From: Candidatus Binatia bacterium | GTDB taxonomy: Bacteria; Desulfobacterota; Binatia; DP-6 | NCBI GenBank assembly: GCA_035295465.1 | Contig: DATGIZ010000014.1 | Span: forward strand, 78,369-142,368 | DNA: 64,000 nt | Reading direction: 5' to 3' | Part shown: positions 11,188-20,990 of the stretch, in pieces | Layout of the letters: every line of letters starts with the position of its first letter | Numbering within the stretch: the first letter of the stretch is position 1 | Translations under genes and position numbers: made by a program | The notes under the pieces: model-generated | Databases searched by the model: none | Told to the model about the DNA's origin: nothing | What the model saw: the letters and a program-made list of their open reading frames with translations, nothing else

Positions 11188-12269
11188 CCCGCCCTCCGCA
11201 GCGTCGCGCTCTTCTCGGCCAGGCATGCGAGCAGCTCCTCCCACGACGCCACGAAGGCCGCCGCCCCGTCGCGCTGGAGCGTGGCGGCGAGGGCGTCGAG
11301 CTCGACGCCGGCGCGCACGAACTCGTCGAGCACCGTCTCGGCGTCACCCCCGTCGCGGGGCAGCATCGCGCCGACCTCGCCGTGGTCGGCGAGCGCGAGC
11401 AGCGTCTTCTCGGGCATGGTGTTGATCGTGTGCGGCGCCGCCAGCGCCGAGACGTAGAGCACGTCGGGCGCCTTCGGATCCTTCGTCCCCGTGCTCGCCC
11501 AGAGCAGCCGCTGCGAGCGCGCGCCGAAGTTGAGGAGCCGCAGCCAACGGTCGGATGCGAGCAGGTCGCGGTAAGCCTTGTACGTGCGTTTCGCGATCGC
11601 GATGCCGAGCCGGCCGTCGAGCGCGGGCGGCACCTTCCCGGCCACCGCGACGTCCCAGCGGCTCACGAAGACCGAGGCCACGGACGGCACGAACGGGTTG
11701 CGGCCGGCGGCGATCCGCCGTTCGACGCCGCGCAGGTAGGCGTACGCTGCGGCGAGGTATTGCTCGCGCGAGAAGAGCAGCGTCACGTTCACCGGCACGC
11801 CCGCGAAGATCGCCTCCTCGATCGCCGGCACGCCCTCGCGCGTCCCGGGGATCTTGATGAAGAGGTTCGGCCGCGCCGCGCGCGCCGCGAGCGCCGTCGC
11901 CGCCGCCACCGTGCTCTGCGTGTCGTAGGCGAGCTTCGGCGAGACCTCGAGCGACACCCAGCCGTCGACGCGGTTGGTCGCCTCGTGCACGGGGCGGAAC
12001 AGGTCGGCCGCGCGCGTGAGGTCGTCGAGCGCCAGGTCGAAGAACAGGTCTTCGCCGGCCCGGCCCGCCGCCGCCCCGGCACGGATGGCGGCGTCGTAGT
12101 CGGGACTGCTCTTGATCGCGTGGTCGAAGATCGTCGGGTTGGAGGTGAGCCCGGTCACCGAGAGGTCCGCGATGTAGCGCGCGAGCTCGCCGCCCGTGAG
12201 CAGCCCGCGGGTGATGTTGTCGAGCCAGAGGCTCTGGCCCGCCGCGTGCAGTCGTTGCGTGGCCTTCAT
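11184..12269 (-). CDS. tal: transaldolase
   Basis: 361 aa from [18 protein letters not shown] preceded by GAGGAGG; transaldolase motifs ([18 protein letters not shown]). Confidence 0.9.
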   Translation of the reverse strand: MKATQRLHAAGQSLWLDNITRGLLTGGELARYIADLSVTGLTSNPTIFDHAIKSSPDYDAAIRAGAAAGRAGEDLFFDLALDDLTRAADLFRPVHEATNRVDGWVSLEVSPKLAYDTQSTVAAATALAARAARPNLFIKIPGTREGVPAIEEAIFAGVPVNVTLLFSREQYLAAAYAYLRGVERRIAAGRNPFVPSVASVFVSRWDVAVAGKVPPALDGRLGIAIAKRTYKAYRDLLASDRWLRLLNFGARSQRLLWASTGTKDPKAPDVLYVSALAAPHTINTMPEKTLLALADHGEVGAMLPRDGGDAETVLDEFVRAGVELDALAATLQRDGAAAFVASWEELLACLAEKSATLRRAG

Positions 12270-12955
12270 GCGTTCCTCCTCGCCCGCCCGGCTTCGAGCA
12301 GCACGGGCAGCGCGCAGTCCGCCAGCTCGCCGATGCGCGCGAGGGTGACGTCGGGCGGCGGGTACTGCGCCACGTCGGGCGCGTGCGCGTAATGGCCCTG
12401 CCGCGGGAAGACCGTCGTGAGGCGCTCGCCCCACACGCGCTTGGCCGCGGTGAGGATGCGGACCTTGTCGTCGACGAGCACGTAGTGCTCGGCAGGAAAC
12501 CGCCGCTCGACGTCGTCGAGCTCGCGCTCCTTGTGGATGTAGATCAGCACCCGGCCCTCGACCGCCGCGAAGAGCCCCGAGCGCTCGACCTTGCGCGGCT
12601 GGAAGACCACGTCGCCGTCGGAGAGGATCACGGTGGGCCCGAAGGTCGTGAGGTGCTCGATCGCGTCGAGCGAGCCCGGGTAGAGGCGGTTGGCGAACGG
12701 ATAGTTGATCAGGAACGACGAGACGGCGAGCAGGTGCGGATCGCGCGGGTGCTCGACACGATAGCGCTGCAGCGCACCCAGATAGTCCGCGTAGCCGAGC
12801 TCCGCGCGCAGCGCCTCGAAGATCGCCCAGTAGCGCTCCTGCCGCTCGGCGCCCACCTCGCGCGCGAGGTAGCGACGCAGATCGGCGGCCACCCGGTCGT
12901 TGTCGAGCAGCGTGTTGTCGACGTCGAGCAGGAAGACGACCGGGCTCACCGTCAT
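12266..12955 (-). CDS. HAD-superfamily hydrolase
   Basis: 229 aa from MTVSPVVFLLDVDNTLLDN (HAD motif I DxDxT); ATG overlaps upstream stop (ATGA); stop abuts tal start. Confidence 0.8.
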   Translation of the reverse strand: MTVSPVVFLLDVDNTLLDNDRVAADLRRYLAREVGAERQERYWAIFEALRAELGYADYLGALQRYRVEHPRDPHLLAVSSFLINYPFANRLYPGSLDAIEHLTTFGPTVILSDGDVVFQPRKVERSGLFAAVEGRVLIYIHKERELDDVERRFPAEHYVLVDDKVRILTAAKRVWGERLTTVFPRQGHYAHAPDVAQYPPPDVTLARIGELADCALPVLLEAGRARRNA

Positions 12956-13647
12956 GCCCGCGCCCGCCGCGGCACGGCGGGCGCCGTGCCCTCCCAGAGG
13001 CGGAAGCCGCCCACGAACGCGTTGGCGTTGTCCCCGAGCCGTGCTCCCGCCGGCGCCCTGCCGAGCTTCTTCGCGTTGCCGCCCCCGATCACGAGGTCCT
13101 CGGCCTCGAGCGCCACCTTGAGCCGCTCGGCCACGTCGGCCACGGCGCGCCTCCACTTGCGCTTGCCGAGCCGCTCGAGGCCGCGGCGGCCGACCCAGTC
13201 CTCGTAGGTGCGTCCCTTGCGGTACGGGAGGTGCGCGATCTCCATCGGCTCGAGCACCCCGTCGACGATGAGCGCCGACCCCAGGCCCGTGCCGAGCCCC
13301 AGGAACAGCATGCGGCCGCCGCGGTAGCTGCCGAGCGCCTGCATGGCCGCGTCGTTCACGAGCTTCACCGGCCGTTCGAAGGCGCGTGCGAAGTCGAACC
13401 CCACCCAGCCGCGCCCGAGGTTGGCGGGCTCGGCGACCGGCCGGCCGTGCAGGACCGGGCCCGGGTAGCCGATCGAGACCGCGTCGAAGCGCCAGTCGCC
13501 GGCGAGCTGCTTGACTGCGGCGACCATACGCTTCGGCGTCAGGCGCGGGCCGGAGGGGACCTTGCGCGGGGTGCGCTCCCCGGTCGCCAGCACCTTCACG
13601 TGCGTGCCGCCGACGTCGATCACCAGCACCCGCGGGGCCGGCCTCAC
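12952..13647 (-). CDS. ROK-family glucokinase (polyphosphate/ATP glucokinase-like)
   Basis: 231 aa from GTG; N-terminal LVIDVGGTHVKV ROK/actin-fold ATPase motif; GTG overlaps gnd stop (GTGA). Confidence 0.75.
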   Translation of the reverse strand: MRPAPRVLVIDVGGTHVKVLATGERTPRKVPSGPRLTPKRMVAAVKQLAGDWRFDAVSIGYPGPVLHGRPVAEPANLGRGWVGFDFARAFERPVKLVNDAAMQALGSYRGGRMLFLGLGTGLGSALIVDGVLEPMEIAHLPYRKGRTYEDWVGRRGLERLGKRKWRRAVADVAERLKVALEAEDLVIGGGNAKKLGRAPAGARLGDNANAFVGGFRLWEGTAPAVPRRARA

Positions 13648-14663
13648 GAGCTCGATCCCTTCTCCTCGTGGCCGCCGAACTCGAACCGCATCGCGGAGAG
13701 CAGGCGGTCCTGGAAGTCGGCTTCGCCGCGGGAGCTGAAGCGCTCGAAGAGCGCGGCGGCGAGCACGTGCGCGGGCACCGCCTCGTCGACCGCCGCGTCG
13801 AGCGTCCAGCGTCCCTCGCCCGAGTCGGACACCCGCCCGGTGAAGCGCTCGAGCCCCGGGTCGCCGGCGAGCGCGGCGGCCGTGAGATCGAGGAGCCAGG
13901 ACGCGACCACGCTGCCGCGCCGCCACACCTCGGCGACGTCGGCTAGGTCGAAGTCGTACTGGTAGAACTCCGGGTTGCGCAGCGGCGTCGTCTCGGCGTC
14001 GACTTCGCGCTTGCGGCGGCCGACGTTGGCATGCCGCAGGATGTTGAGGCCTTCGGCGTAGGCTGCCATCAGGCCGTACTCGATGCCGTTGTGCACCATC
14101 TTGACGAAGTGGCCCGCACCGTGCAGCCCGCAGTGGAGGTAGCCCTCCTCCGCGGTGCCGCGCCGCGCCGCGCGCCCGGGCGTCGCCGCCACCGTGCCCC
14201 GCCCGGGCGCGAGCGCCCGGAAGAGCGGGTCGAGGCGGCGGACGACCTCCGGCTCGCCGCCGATCATCAGACAGTAGCCGCGCTCGAGGCCCCACACACC
14301 GCCGCTGGTGCCGCAGTCGACGTAGTGGAGGCCGCGGGGCGCGAGCCGCGCGGCGCGCGCGATGTCGTCGCGGTAGTACGAGTTGCCGCCGTCGACGACC
14401 ACGTCGTCGGCGGCGAGCCGGGGGACGATCGCCTCGAGGGTCCCGTCGACGGCGGCGGCGGGGACCATCAGCCACACCACGCGCGGCTTCGCGAGCCGCG
14501 CCACGAAGTCGTCGAGCGACGTGGCTCCGATCGCTCCCTCGCCCGCCACTGCCTGCACGGCACCGGCCGACACGTCGTGGACCACGCACTGGTGGCCGCC
14601 GCGCAGGAACCGCCGCACCATGTTGGCGCCCATCCGTCCGAGCCCGACCATGCCGACCTGCAT
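13644..14663 (-). CDS. gnd: 6-phosphogluconate dehydrogenase (decarboxylating), short Gnd-like form
   Basis: 339 aa from MQVGMVGLGRMGANMVRR (Rossmann GxGxxG) preceded by GAGGAGG; 6PGDH C-terminal domain motifs (HFVKMVHNGIEYGLM). Confidence 0.85.
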   Translation of the reverse strand: MQVGMVGLGRMGANMVRRFLRGGHQCVVHDVSAGAVQAVAGEGAIGATSLDDFVARLAKPRVVWLMVPAAAVDGTLEAIVPRLAADDVVVDGGNSYYRDDIARAARLAPRGLHYVDCGTSGGVWGLERGYCLMIGGEPEVVRRLDPLFRALAPGRGTVAATPGRAARRGTAEEGYLHCGLHGAGHFVKMVHNGIEYGLMAAYAEGLNILRHANVGRRKREVDAETTPLRNPEFYQYDFDLADVAEVWRRGSVVASWLLDLTAAALAGDPGLERFTGRVSDSGEGRWTLDAAVDEAVPAHVLAAALFERFSSRGEADFQDRLLSAMRFEFGGHEEKGSSS

Positions 14664-14800
14664 GCTCGCCTCCTCGCCGTCCGACCGCGGGGCGATCGTG
14701 CCCGACCCCGACGGTGACGCTTTCGTTGTGGCAAATCCCGCGCGCCTTGGCGAGTCCGGTCCTCGCGGGACGCGCGTTCCGGCCGGCCTCCGGTCGCCGA

Positions 14801-16174
14801 TCAGCGCGCGGCGGCCGCGATCTCGACCGGCCGGACGCGCACCGCGAGCGGCTCCTGGAGCATCGCCAACGCCTGCGCCTCGTCGCCGGGCCGGTAGGGG
14901 CTCGGCAGCACCACCAGCGACGCGTCGATACGGTACGCCCCGGGCTGCAGGTTCGTCATGCGCAGCAGGCGATAGCCGGCGCCGCGGTCGGGGGCGTCGT
15001 TGGCTGCGGCCGCGTCGGCGAAGACCGTCCCGCGCGTGATGCCCCACGTCCGCCACGCCTCCGGAATGCGCAGCGTCTGGAGCACGGTGCCCGCGGGACC
15101 GCTCACCACCCACCACTCGTGATCCCGCTCGGCTCCCGCTGGACCGTCCCGGGCGCCGAGCGGGACGCCGTCGGGGTTGGCGGCGTCCCAGTAGCGCATG
15201 TCGGCCGCGGCCGCGCCGAAATCGTCGAGCGTCTCGAAGCGGAAGGCGCGCAACGATCGCAGGGCGAGCGCGGGGATCGAGAACGTCGACGGCGTCACGA
15301 ACGAGCTGAAGTAGTAGTACGTCGACACGGTCCCGTTGGGGATCTCCGGGAACAACGGTCCGAGGTCGAGCGCCTGGCGCACGCGGCGCACGGCGCGCAC
15401 CGGGCCGTTCTTGACGCCCTCGGTGGTCACCGAGAAGCTCTCCTCGGTGAAGGTGGGCGCCCAGGTCGTGATTAGCAGCGAGAAGGTCGGATTGATGCGC
15501 ATCAGCATCCGCCGCACCAGCTCCTCACCGCTGCCGCCGGCCGCAGGGCTCACGCGCACGCCGGCGAGGAAGTTGCTGCGATCGCGGGAGTAGCGCACCT
15601 CGTAGTAAAGGGCCCGCGCCTCGCCGCGCGCGGTGTCGAACACCGCATAGCGCACCGGCGAGCGCGGCGGCGGCTCGCCCGGAAAATGCGCGACGTACAC
15701 CCAGCCCCGCCCGCCGCGCGCGCCGTCCTCGACCTCGATCTCGAACACCGCGTCGCTCGCGTCGGGGAGCCGGTCCGCGCCGATCCGGTCGCCCGCGTCC
15801 TTGGCCATGAACACCAGCTCATCGTCGTCGTCGAACGTGAAGTCGCCCTCGGCTCCCTCGCCGGACAGCACCAGCTCGCCGCCCGCGTCGCGCGCGTCGA
15901 ACTGGAAGGGGATCGCCTCGAGCACGCCGCCGCGCGCCGCGTAGACCCGATAGCGCGCCGTGCGGTGGTCGGGGAGGGCGGCGAGCAGGCCCGTGCGCAC
16001 GACCACCGGATCGTGGAAGCGCGTGAGCGTCTTCGCCTCGCCCGCCGGCGACCGAGCGGCCGCCGGCATCCCGAGCACGAGCGCGCCGAGCGAGGCGAGG
16101 ACGAGCGCGCGCGGGCGCGCCGCCCGCCGCGCGCCCGCGCCGCCCGCTTGCCCGCTGCACGATCGCCGCGTCAT
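14801..16174 (-). CDS. hypothetical secreted protein
   Basis: 457 aa ORF with clear signal peptide (ALVLASLGALVLGMPAAARS); no recognisable catalytic motifs. Confidence 0.55.
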   Translation of the reverse strand: MTRRSCSGQAGGAGARRAARPRALVLASLGALVLGMPAAARSPAGEAKTLTRFHDPVVVRTGLLAALPDHRTARYRVYAARGGVLEAIPFQFDARDAGGELVLSGEGAEGDFTFDDDDELVFMAKDAGDRIGADRLPDASDAVFEIEVEDGARGGRGWVYVAHFPGEPPPRSPVRYAVFDTARGEARALYYEVRYSRDRSNFLAGVRVSPAAGGSGEELVRRMLMRINPTFSLLITTWAPTFTEESFSVTTEGVKNGPVRAVRRVRQALDLGPLFPEIPNGTVSTYYYFSSFVTPSTFSIPALALRSLRAFRFETLDDFGAAAADMRYWDAANPDGVPLGARDGPAGAERDHEWWVVSGPAGTVLQTLRIPEAWRTWGITRGTVFADAAAANDAPDRGAGYRLLRMTNLQPGAYRIDASLVVLPSPYRPGDEAQALAMLQEPLAVRVRPVEIAAAAR

Positions 16175-16274
16175 CGCGCCGTGCTCCGTCGGCCCGCGAT
16201 GATGCGCCGGTCGGGCGTGCGCCGTCCATCACGTTCGACCGGGCCGACACCATGCGCGGCGCCGTGCCCTCCGC

Positions 16275-16838
16275 TCAGATCCAGGACTCCTTGAGGCCGA
16301 GGCCGTATCCGGCGGCGGTCACGGCAACGGAGCCGACGCCCACGAGCGGCGCCGCCAGCAGCGTCGGAACCAGGGGCGGCACGACGAGCGGTGCGACGCA
16401 GACGTACGCGCCGACGAGGAAGTCGAGCTGATCGAACGGGATCCAGGGCGCGCCCGGCGGGATGCCGACCCGCCGCTTGAAGAACGACTTGACCGCGTCG
16501 CCGAGGCCGGCGCCGAGCCCGAGCAGAACCCCGGGCAGCGGATCGACGACCCGGTAGTCGACGAGCGCGAGGTCGCGCAGGACCCCGTGCTCGTGGAGCG
16601 CGGCCTGCGCGGCGTAGACGATTGCGCCGGCGATGATGCCCGCGAGCAGCCCGCGCCACGTCTTGTGATCACCGAGCACACGGACGCCGCCGAGCGTCCA
16701 CCCCGCGTCCATCGGCCGCGCGAGCGCTGCGAAATGACCCTGCACGAGGACCGGGGCCATGTTCGCCACGTAGGCGGGCACGAAGAAGTAGAGAGCCCGG
16801 AGCAGCGCGGCGCCCGATCCCCCCATCGGCGTGGCCAC
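16275..16838 (-). CDS. CDP-archaeol synthase family protein (CarS/DUF46, CTP-transferase-like membrane protein)
   Basis: 187 aa, 5-6 TM; conserved KTWRG and FKRRxGxxxGxxxxxFDQLD cytidylyltransferase motifs. Confidence 0.6.
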   Translation of the reverse strand: MATPMGGSGAALLRALYFFVPAYVANMAPVLVQGHFAALARPMDAGWTLGGVRVLGDHKTWRGLLAGIIAGAIVYAAQAALHEHGVLRDLALVDYRVVDPLPGVLLGLGAGLGDAVKSFFKRRVGIPPGAPWIPFDQLDFLVGAYVCVAPLVVPPLVPTLLAAPLVGVGSVAVTAAGYGLGLKESWI

Positions 16839-16954
16839 CGCATGCTACCGGCCCTGCAACCGGCGTACCGCCCTCCACTGCGGGCCCGCGGTGCACCGCC
16901 TCGTCGGATTCCTTCATGGTGGCTTGCTTTTCGTGAACGATGCTGGCGCCGCCT

Positions 16955-16978
16955 GGCCTTCCCACCGGCCGGAAGGCC
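16955..16978. promoter_or_regulatory. perfect palindrome GGCCTTCC-N8-GGAAGGCC in the divergent region upstream of the decaheme gene
   Basis: 8-bp arms with GC-rich 8-nt spacer, about 100 nt upstream of ATG 17081. Confidence 0.3.
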
Positions 16979-17080
16979 CCTGCCGGGGGGTTGCCAATCA
17001 CGAGACGACACGGCGAAAAAGCCAGGCGGCACGGCTCAGCACGCCGAGTGCATACGTTCCAGCAGGGAAGGGGGACGCTG

Positions 17081-19885
17081 ATGGACGCGCGCGCACGCTG
17101 GCTCTCATCCGCCGGGACGCTCCTGCTCGCTTCGCTCCTCGCCGTCGACGCCACCGCCGGCCCGATCGCGGTGGTCACGGGCGGGGGGGCGAAACGCAAC
17201 GACTGCCTCGCGCAGATGGACGCGAGCGGGGTCGCGTTCCCCACGGGCCGGGCGCCGAAGGGCGCCTCCTGCGCCGACGGGGACGCCTGCGACCAGGACG
17301 GCGTGCGCAACGGGGTCTGCCGGTTCTCGGTCTCGATCTGCGTGAACCAGCACGGGGCGCGGTGCGCCCCGGGCAAGATCACCGGCCTCAAGCTGCGGCG
17401 GGCGCGCGGCGTCGGGGACATCGCCGCGCTCCAGGCCGCCCTCGCCCAGCTCGCGCTGCCGACGAGCCAGACGGAATGCACGGCGCCGGCCGACGTCGCG
17501 GTGCCCACGGGCGGGCTCGACGCCAAGGGCCAACCGCGCAAGGGCTTCCTCGATCTGCGCCTGCGGGCGCGCGGCCCGGGCCGCGTCGACCAGAACCGCT
17601 TCCTGCTGACCTGCGTCCCGACCACGGTGGGCGGGGGCCCCGGGGTGCCGTCCACCACGAGCACCACGACGAGCACGACCCTGCCGCCGGTGGCGGGCAC
17701 CCCCGGGGCGGGCCTCCAGGCGAGCATCCTCGCCGCGGCGGTGAGCCCGGCGGGCGTGGTCACCGTCACCTTCCAGCTCACCGACGGCGCCGGGGTGCCG
17801 ATCGCGCCGACGACCGCGGCGACGGCCGATCCGGCCAAGGCCCGCGTCCGCTTCACGCTCGCCCACCTCGACGTCGACACCTCGACCGTCGAGGGTCTCA
17901 CCGCGACCTTCACGCGGTACCGCAACTACGTCCTCACCACGCAGACGAGCCCGATCACCCACGCGTCGTCGATGCAGCCGACGTATGACACCAAGGGCAC
18001 GTTCGCGGCGGTCGACGCGGCGGGAACGTACACTTACACGTTCGCGACGGTGCTCCCGTCGGGCTTCCCCGCCGCCGAGACCCACACGGTGGGCGCGCAG
18101 GTGGAGCGCGCCTTCGGCGGCCAGACGCTGGTCGCGAACCCGATCTTCGACTTCGTGCCGAACGGCGGAGCGGTCACCACCACCCGCGAGGTCGCGACCA
18201 CGGCCGAGTGCAACACCTGCCACGGGCGCCTCGAGGCGCACGGCGGCGGCCGGCGCGAGGTCCGTCTCTGCCAGCTCTGCCACACCGACCAGGCGGTCGA
18301 CCCCGACACCGGCAACACGATCGACTTCAAGGTGATGATCCACAAGATCCACCGCGGCGCCGACCTGCCCTCGCTCGCGGGCCTCATCACCAAGTACTCG
18401 ATCATCGGCTTCCAGCAGTCCGAGACGATCTTCGGCCAAGACGTACAGACGTGCGTCGGGGGGCCCGTGGCCTCGATGCCGTGCACGACCGACATGGACT
18501 GCCAGGGCGGCACCTGCACCGGCCAGGCGACCACGGGCGTCGGCTTCCCGCGCGACCTCCGCGACTGCCAGGTCTGCCACACCCAGGGCGCGGACGCGGC
18601 GAACTTCAAGCAGAAGCCGTCGGCTCCGGCCTGCCAGTCGTGCCACGACGACGTGAATCCGGGGACGGCGAACATCGTGGTGCAGCTCCAGACGATCACC
18701 GCCGGGACCAACCACCTCCCGGGCGCGCAGCCCGACGCGCTCTGTCAGGTCTGCCACACCGCGAACACGCCGACGCTGCCCGGCGGCGCCTTCCCCGAGT
18801 TCGGGATCGGCGTGCTCCAGGCGCACACGAACCCGGCGCGGTCGCTCCAGCTCCAGGGGCTCAAGGCGACCATCGTGAGCGCGTCGGGAACGCCGGGCGG
18901 CGCGGTCACCATCGGGTTCAAGATCACCGACGGCGCAGGCAACGCCTTCAACAAGGCGAGCGCGTGCGCGCTCGGGCGCATCGCGTTCGCGATCAGCGGC
19001 CCGTCGACCGACTTCGGCGGGAGCTCCGTGCCGCTGCTCACCCCGTCGGTCACGCTCGGGGGCTCCTGCGTGCTGAGCGACCCCGACGCCAACGGCGTGT
19101 TCACCTACATAACGTCGGGCGCGAACCTCCTCCCGGTCGACGCCATGGGCACGTGGCGCGTGGGCATGGAGGTGCGTCACAGCGTGAACGTGCTCCAGCC
19201 GAGCCCGAACCCGCCGATCGCGGTCAACGAGGCCGCCCAGAATCCCGTGTTCGACTTCAGCGTCGACGGCTCACCGGTCGTCCCGCGGCGCGACGTGGTC
19301 GCCATCACGAACTGCCAGAAGTGCCACGGCGTGTTCTCGCAGGGCTTCAGCATCCACGGGAACCTTCGCAACCAGACCGAGTACTGCGTGATCTGCCACA
19401 ACCCGAACGAGAGCGACTTCCCGACGCGCGCGCCGGCGGTCGCCGGCGGCGCCAGCGTGAACGACCAGCCGATCGTGCTGAAGCACCTGATCCACCGCAT
19501 CCACACCGGCGCCCAGCAGGAGAACCAGCCCTACATCGTCTACGGCTTCGGCTCGACGCCGATCGACTTCAGCGAGATCCTCTACCCGAACGACCGGCGG
19601 CGGTGCGACGCCTGTCACCTGAGCGGCACGCAGCTCCTGCCGCTGCCCGCCGGGCTGCTCCCGACGCGGCTCACGAAGGTCGACACCTCGATGACGCCGG
19701 CGGTCGAGACCACCATCGGCTCGATCCCGCCGATCCAGGACGCGTGCCTCGCCTGCCACGACGCCGACGACGCCAGGGCACACGCGGTCACGATGACGGC
19801 GCCCGACGGCACCGAGGCGTGCAACGTCTGCCATCAGGAGGGCGCGCTCGAGCCCGTGTCGGCGGCGCACGCGATCGAGCCCTGA
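17081..19885 (+). CDS. MtrC/OmcA-family decaheme c-type cytochrome with N-terminal Cys-rich domain and Thr-rich linker
   Basis: 934 aa from MDARARWLSSAGTLLLASLL (signal peptide; RBS GAAGGGGGA); ten CxxCH motifs arranged 5+5 (CNTCH,CQLCH,CQVCH,CQSCH,CQVCH / CQKCH,CVICH,CDACH,CLACH,CNVCH) separated by non-haem domains; TTSTTTSTT linker. Confidence 0.9.
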   Translation: MDARARWLSSAGTLLLASLLAVDATAGPIAVVTGGGAKRNDCLAQMDASGVAFPTGRAPKGASCADGDACDQDGVRNGVCRFSVSICVNQHGARCAPGKITGLKLRRARGVGDIAALQAALAQLALPTSQTECTAPADVAVPTGGLDAKGQPRKGFLDLRLRARGPGRVDQNRFLLTCVPTTVGGGPGVPSTTSTTTSTTLPPVAGTPGAGLQASILAAAVSPAGVVTVTFQLTDGAGVPIAPTTAATADPAKARVRFTLAHLDVDTSTVEGLTATFTRYRNYVLTTQTSPITHASSMQPTYDTKGTFAAVDAAGTYTYTFATVLPSGFPAAETHTVGAQVERAFGGQTLVANPIFDFVPNGGAVTTTREVATTAECNTCHGRLEAHGGGRREVRLCQLCHTDQAVDPDTGNTIDFKVMIHKIHRGADLPSLAGLITKYSIIGFQQSETIFGQDVQTCVGGPVASMPCTTDMDCQGGTCTGQATTGVGFPRDLRDCQVCHTQGADAANFKQKPSAPACQSCHDDVNPGTANIVVQLQTITAGTNHLPGAQPDALCQVCHTANTPTLPGGAFPEFGIGVLQAHTNPARSLQLQGLKATIVSASGTPGGAVTIGFKITDGAGNAFNKASACALGRIAFAISGPSTDFGGSSVPLLTPSVTLGGSCVLSDPDANGVFTYITSGANLLPVDAMGTWRVGMEVRHSVNVLQPSPNPPIAVNEAAQNPVFDFSVDGSPVVPRRDVVAITNCQKCHGVFSQGFSIHGNLRNQTEYCVICHNPNESDFPTRAPAVAGGASVNDQPIVLKHLIHRIHTGAQQENQPYIVYGFGSTPIDFSEILYPNDRRRCDACHLSGTQLLPLPAGLLPTRLTKVDTSMTPAVETTIGSIPPIQDACLACHDADDARAHAVTMTAPDGTEACNVCHQEGALEPVSAAHAIEP

Positions 19886-19898
19886 TCGAGGAGGGGCC

Positions 19899-20990
19899 AT
19901 GGAAGGCCGGAGCTGGCTCGCAGGCGAGCTGGAGGCGCGGGGCGTCTCGCGGCGGGAGTTCCTGGCGTTCTGCGCGGCGACCGCCTCCACGCTCGCGCTC
20001 TCGCGCACGTTCGTCCCGCGGATCGCCGAGGCCATCGAGCGCGGGGAGAAGCCCACGCTGGTGTGGCTCGAGTTCCAGGACTGCGCCGGCAACACCGAGT
20101 CGTTCCTGCGCGCCGGCCGCCCGACGGTGGCCGAGATCGTGCTCGACCTCCTCTCGGTGGACTACCATGAGACCCTGATGGCGGCCGCCGGGCACCAGGC
20201 GGAGGAGGCGCTGGCCAGGGCGATCCGCGACCATCAGGGGAGCTACATCGCGGTCGTCGAGGGCTCGATCCCGACCGGCGCCGACGGCGCCTACTGCACG
20301 ATCGGCGGCCGCGCCGCCCTCGACATCGCGCGTGAGGTGTGCGGCGGCGCCGCGGCGACGATCGCCATCGGAACCTGCGCGACCTTCGGCGGCCTGCCCG
20401 CGGCGGCGCCGAACCCGACCGGGGCGCTCGGCGTCGCCGACGCGGTGCCGGGGCTCAGCACGCTGATCAACCTCTCCGCCTGCCCGGCGAACGTCGAGAA
20501 TCTCACCGCGCTCGTCGTCTACCACCTGACCTTCAAGCGCTGGCCGCCGCTCGACCGCTACCGCCGCCCGCTGTTCGCCTACGGGGTGGCGATCCACGAC
20601 GCCTGCGAGCGGCGCGCCCACTTCGACGCCGGGCACTACGTGGAGGCGTGGGGCGACGAGGCGCACCGCGCCGGCTACTGCCTCTACAAGATGGGCTGCA
20701 AGGGACCCGTGACGTTCCAGAACTGTCCCAAGGTGCGCTGGAACGAGGGGACGAACTGGCCGATCGGCTGCGGGCACCCCTGCATCGGCTGCGCCGAGCC
20801 CGACTTCTGGGACAAGATGACGCCCTTCTACCGCCACCTCGCGGGCGTGCCGGGCTTCGGCCTCGGCTCCGACGTCGACCGCGTCGGCGCCCTCGCCGCC
20901 GCGGGCGTCGGCGCCGCCTTCGCCGCGCACGGGGTCGTGGCGGCGGCCAAGCGCTGGTGGGAGCGCAAGTCGGGCGGGGACGCCGCATGA
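19899..20990 (+). CDS. hyaA: [NiFe] uptake hydrogenase small subunit (group 1, Tat-exported)
   Basis: 363 aa; twin-arginine motif SRREFLAF; FeS cluster Cys ligands; C-terminal hydrophobic anchor; strong RBS GAGGAGGGG 13 nt after decaheme stop. Confidence 0.95.
   Translation: MEGRSWLAGELEARGVSRREFLAFCAATASTLALSRTFVPRIAEAIERGEKPTLVWLEFQDCAGNTESFLRAGRPTVAEIVLDLLSVDYHETLMAAAGHQAEEALARAIRDHQGSYIAVVEGSIPTGADGAYCTIGGRAALDIAREVCGGAAATIAIGTCATFGGLPAAAPNPTGALGVADAVPGLSTLINLSACPANVENLTALVVYHLTFKRWPPLDRYRRPLFAYGVAIHDACERRAHFDAGHYVEAWGDEAHRAGYCLYKMGCKGPVTFQNCPKVRWNEGTNWPIGCGHPCIGCAEPDFWDKMTPFYRHLAGVPGFGLGSDVDRVGALAAAGVGAAFAAHGVVAAAKRWWERKSGGDAA

Noticed and set aside
16990-17040. Possible sigma-54 promoter (GGCACGgctcAGCAcg) upstream of the decaheme gene
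   Set aside because: The -12 element is AGCA rather than TTGC/TGC, so the match is too weak to call.
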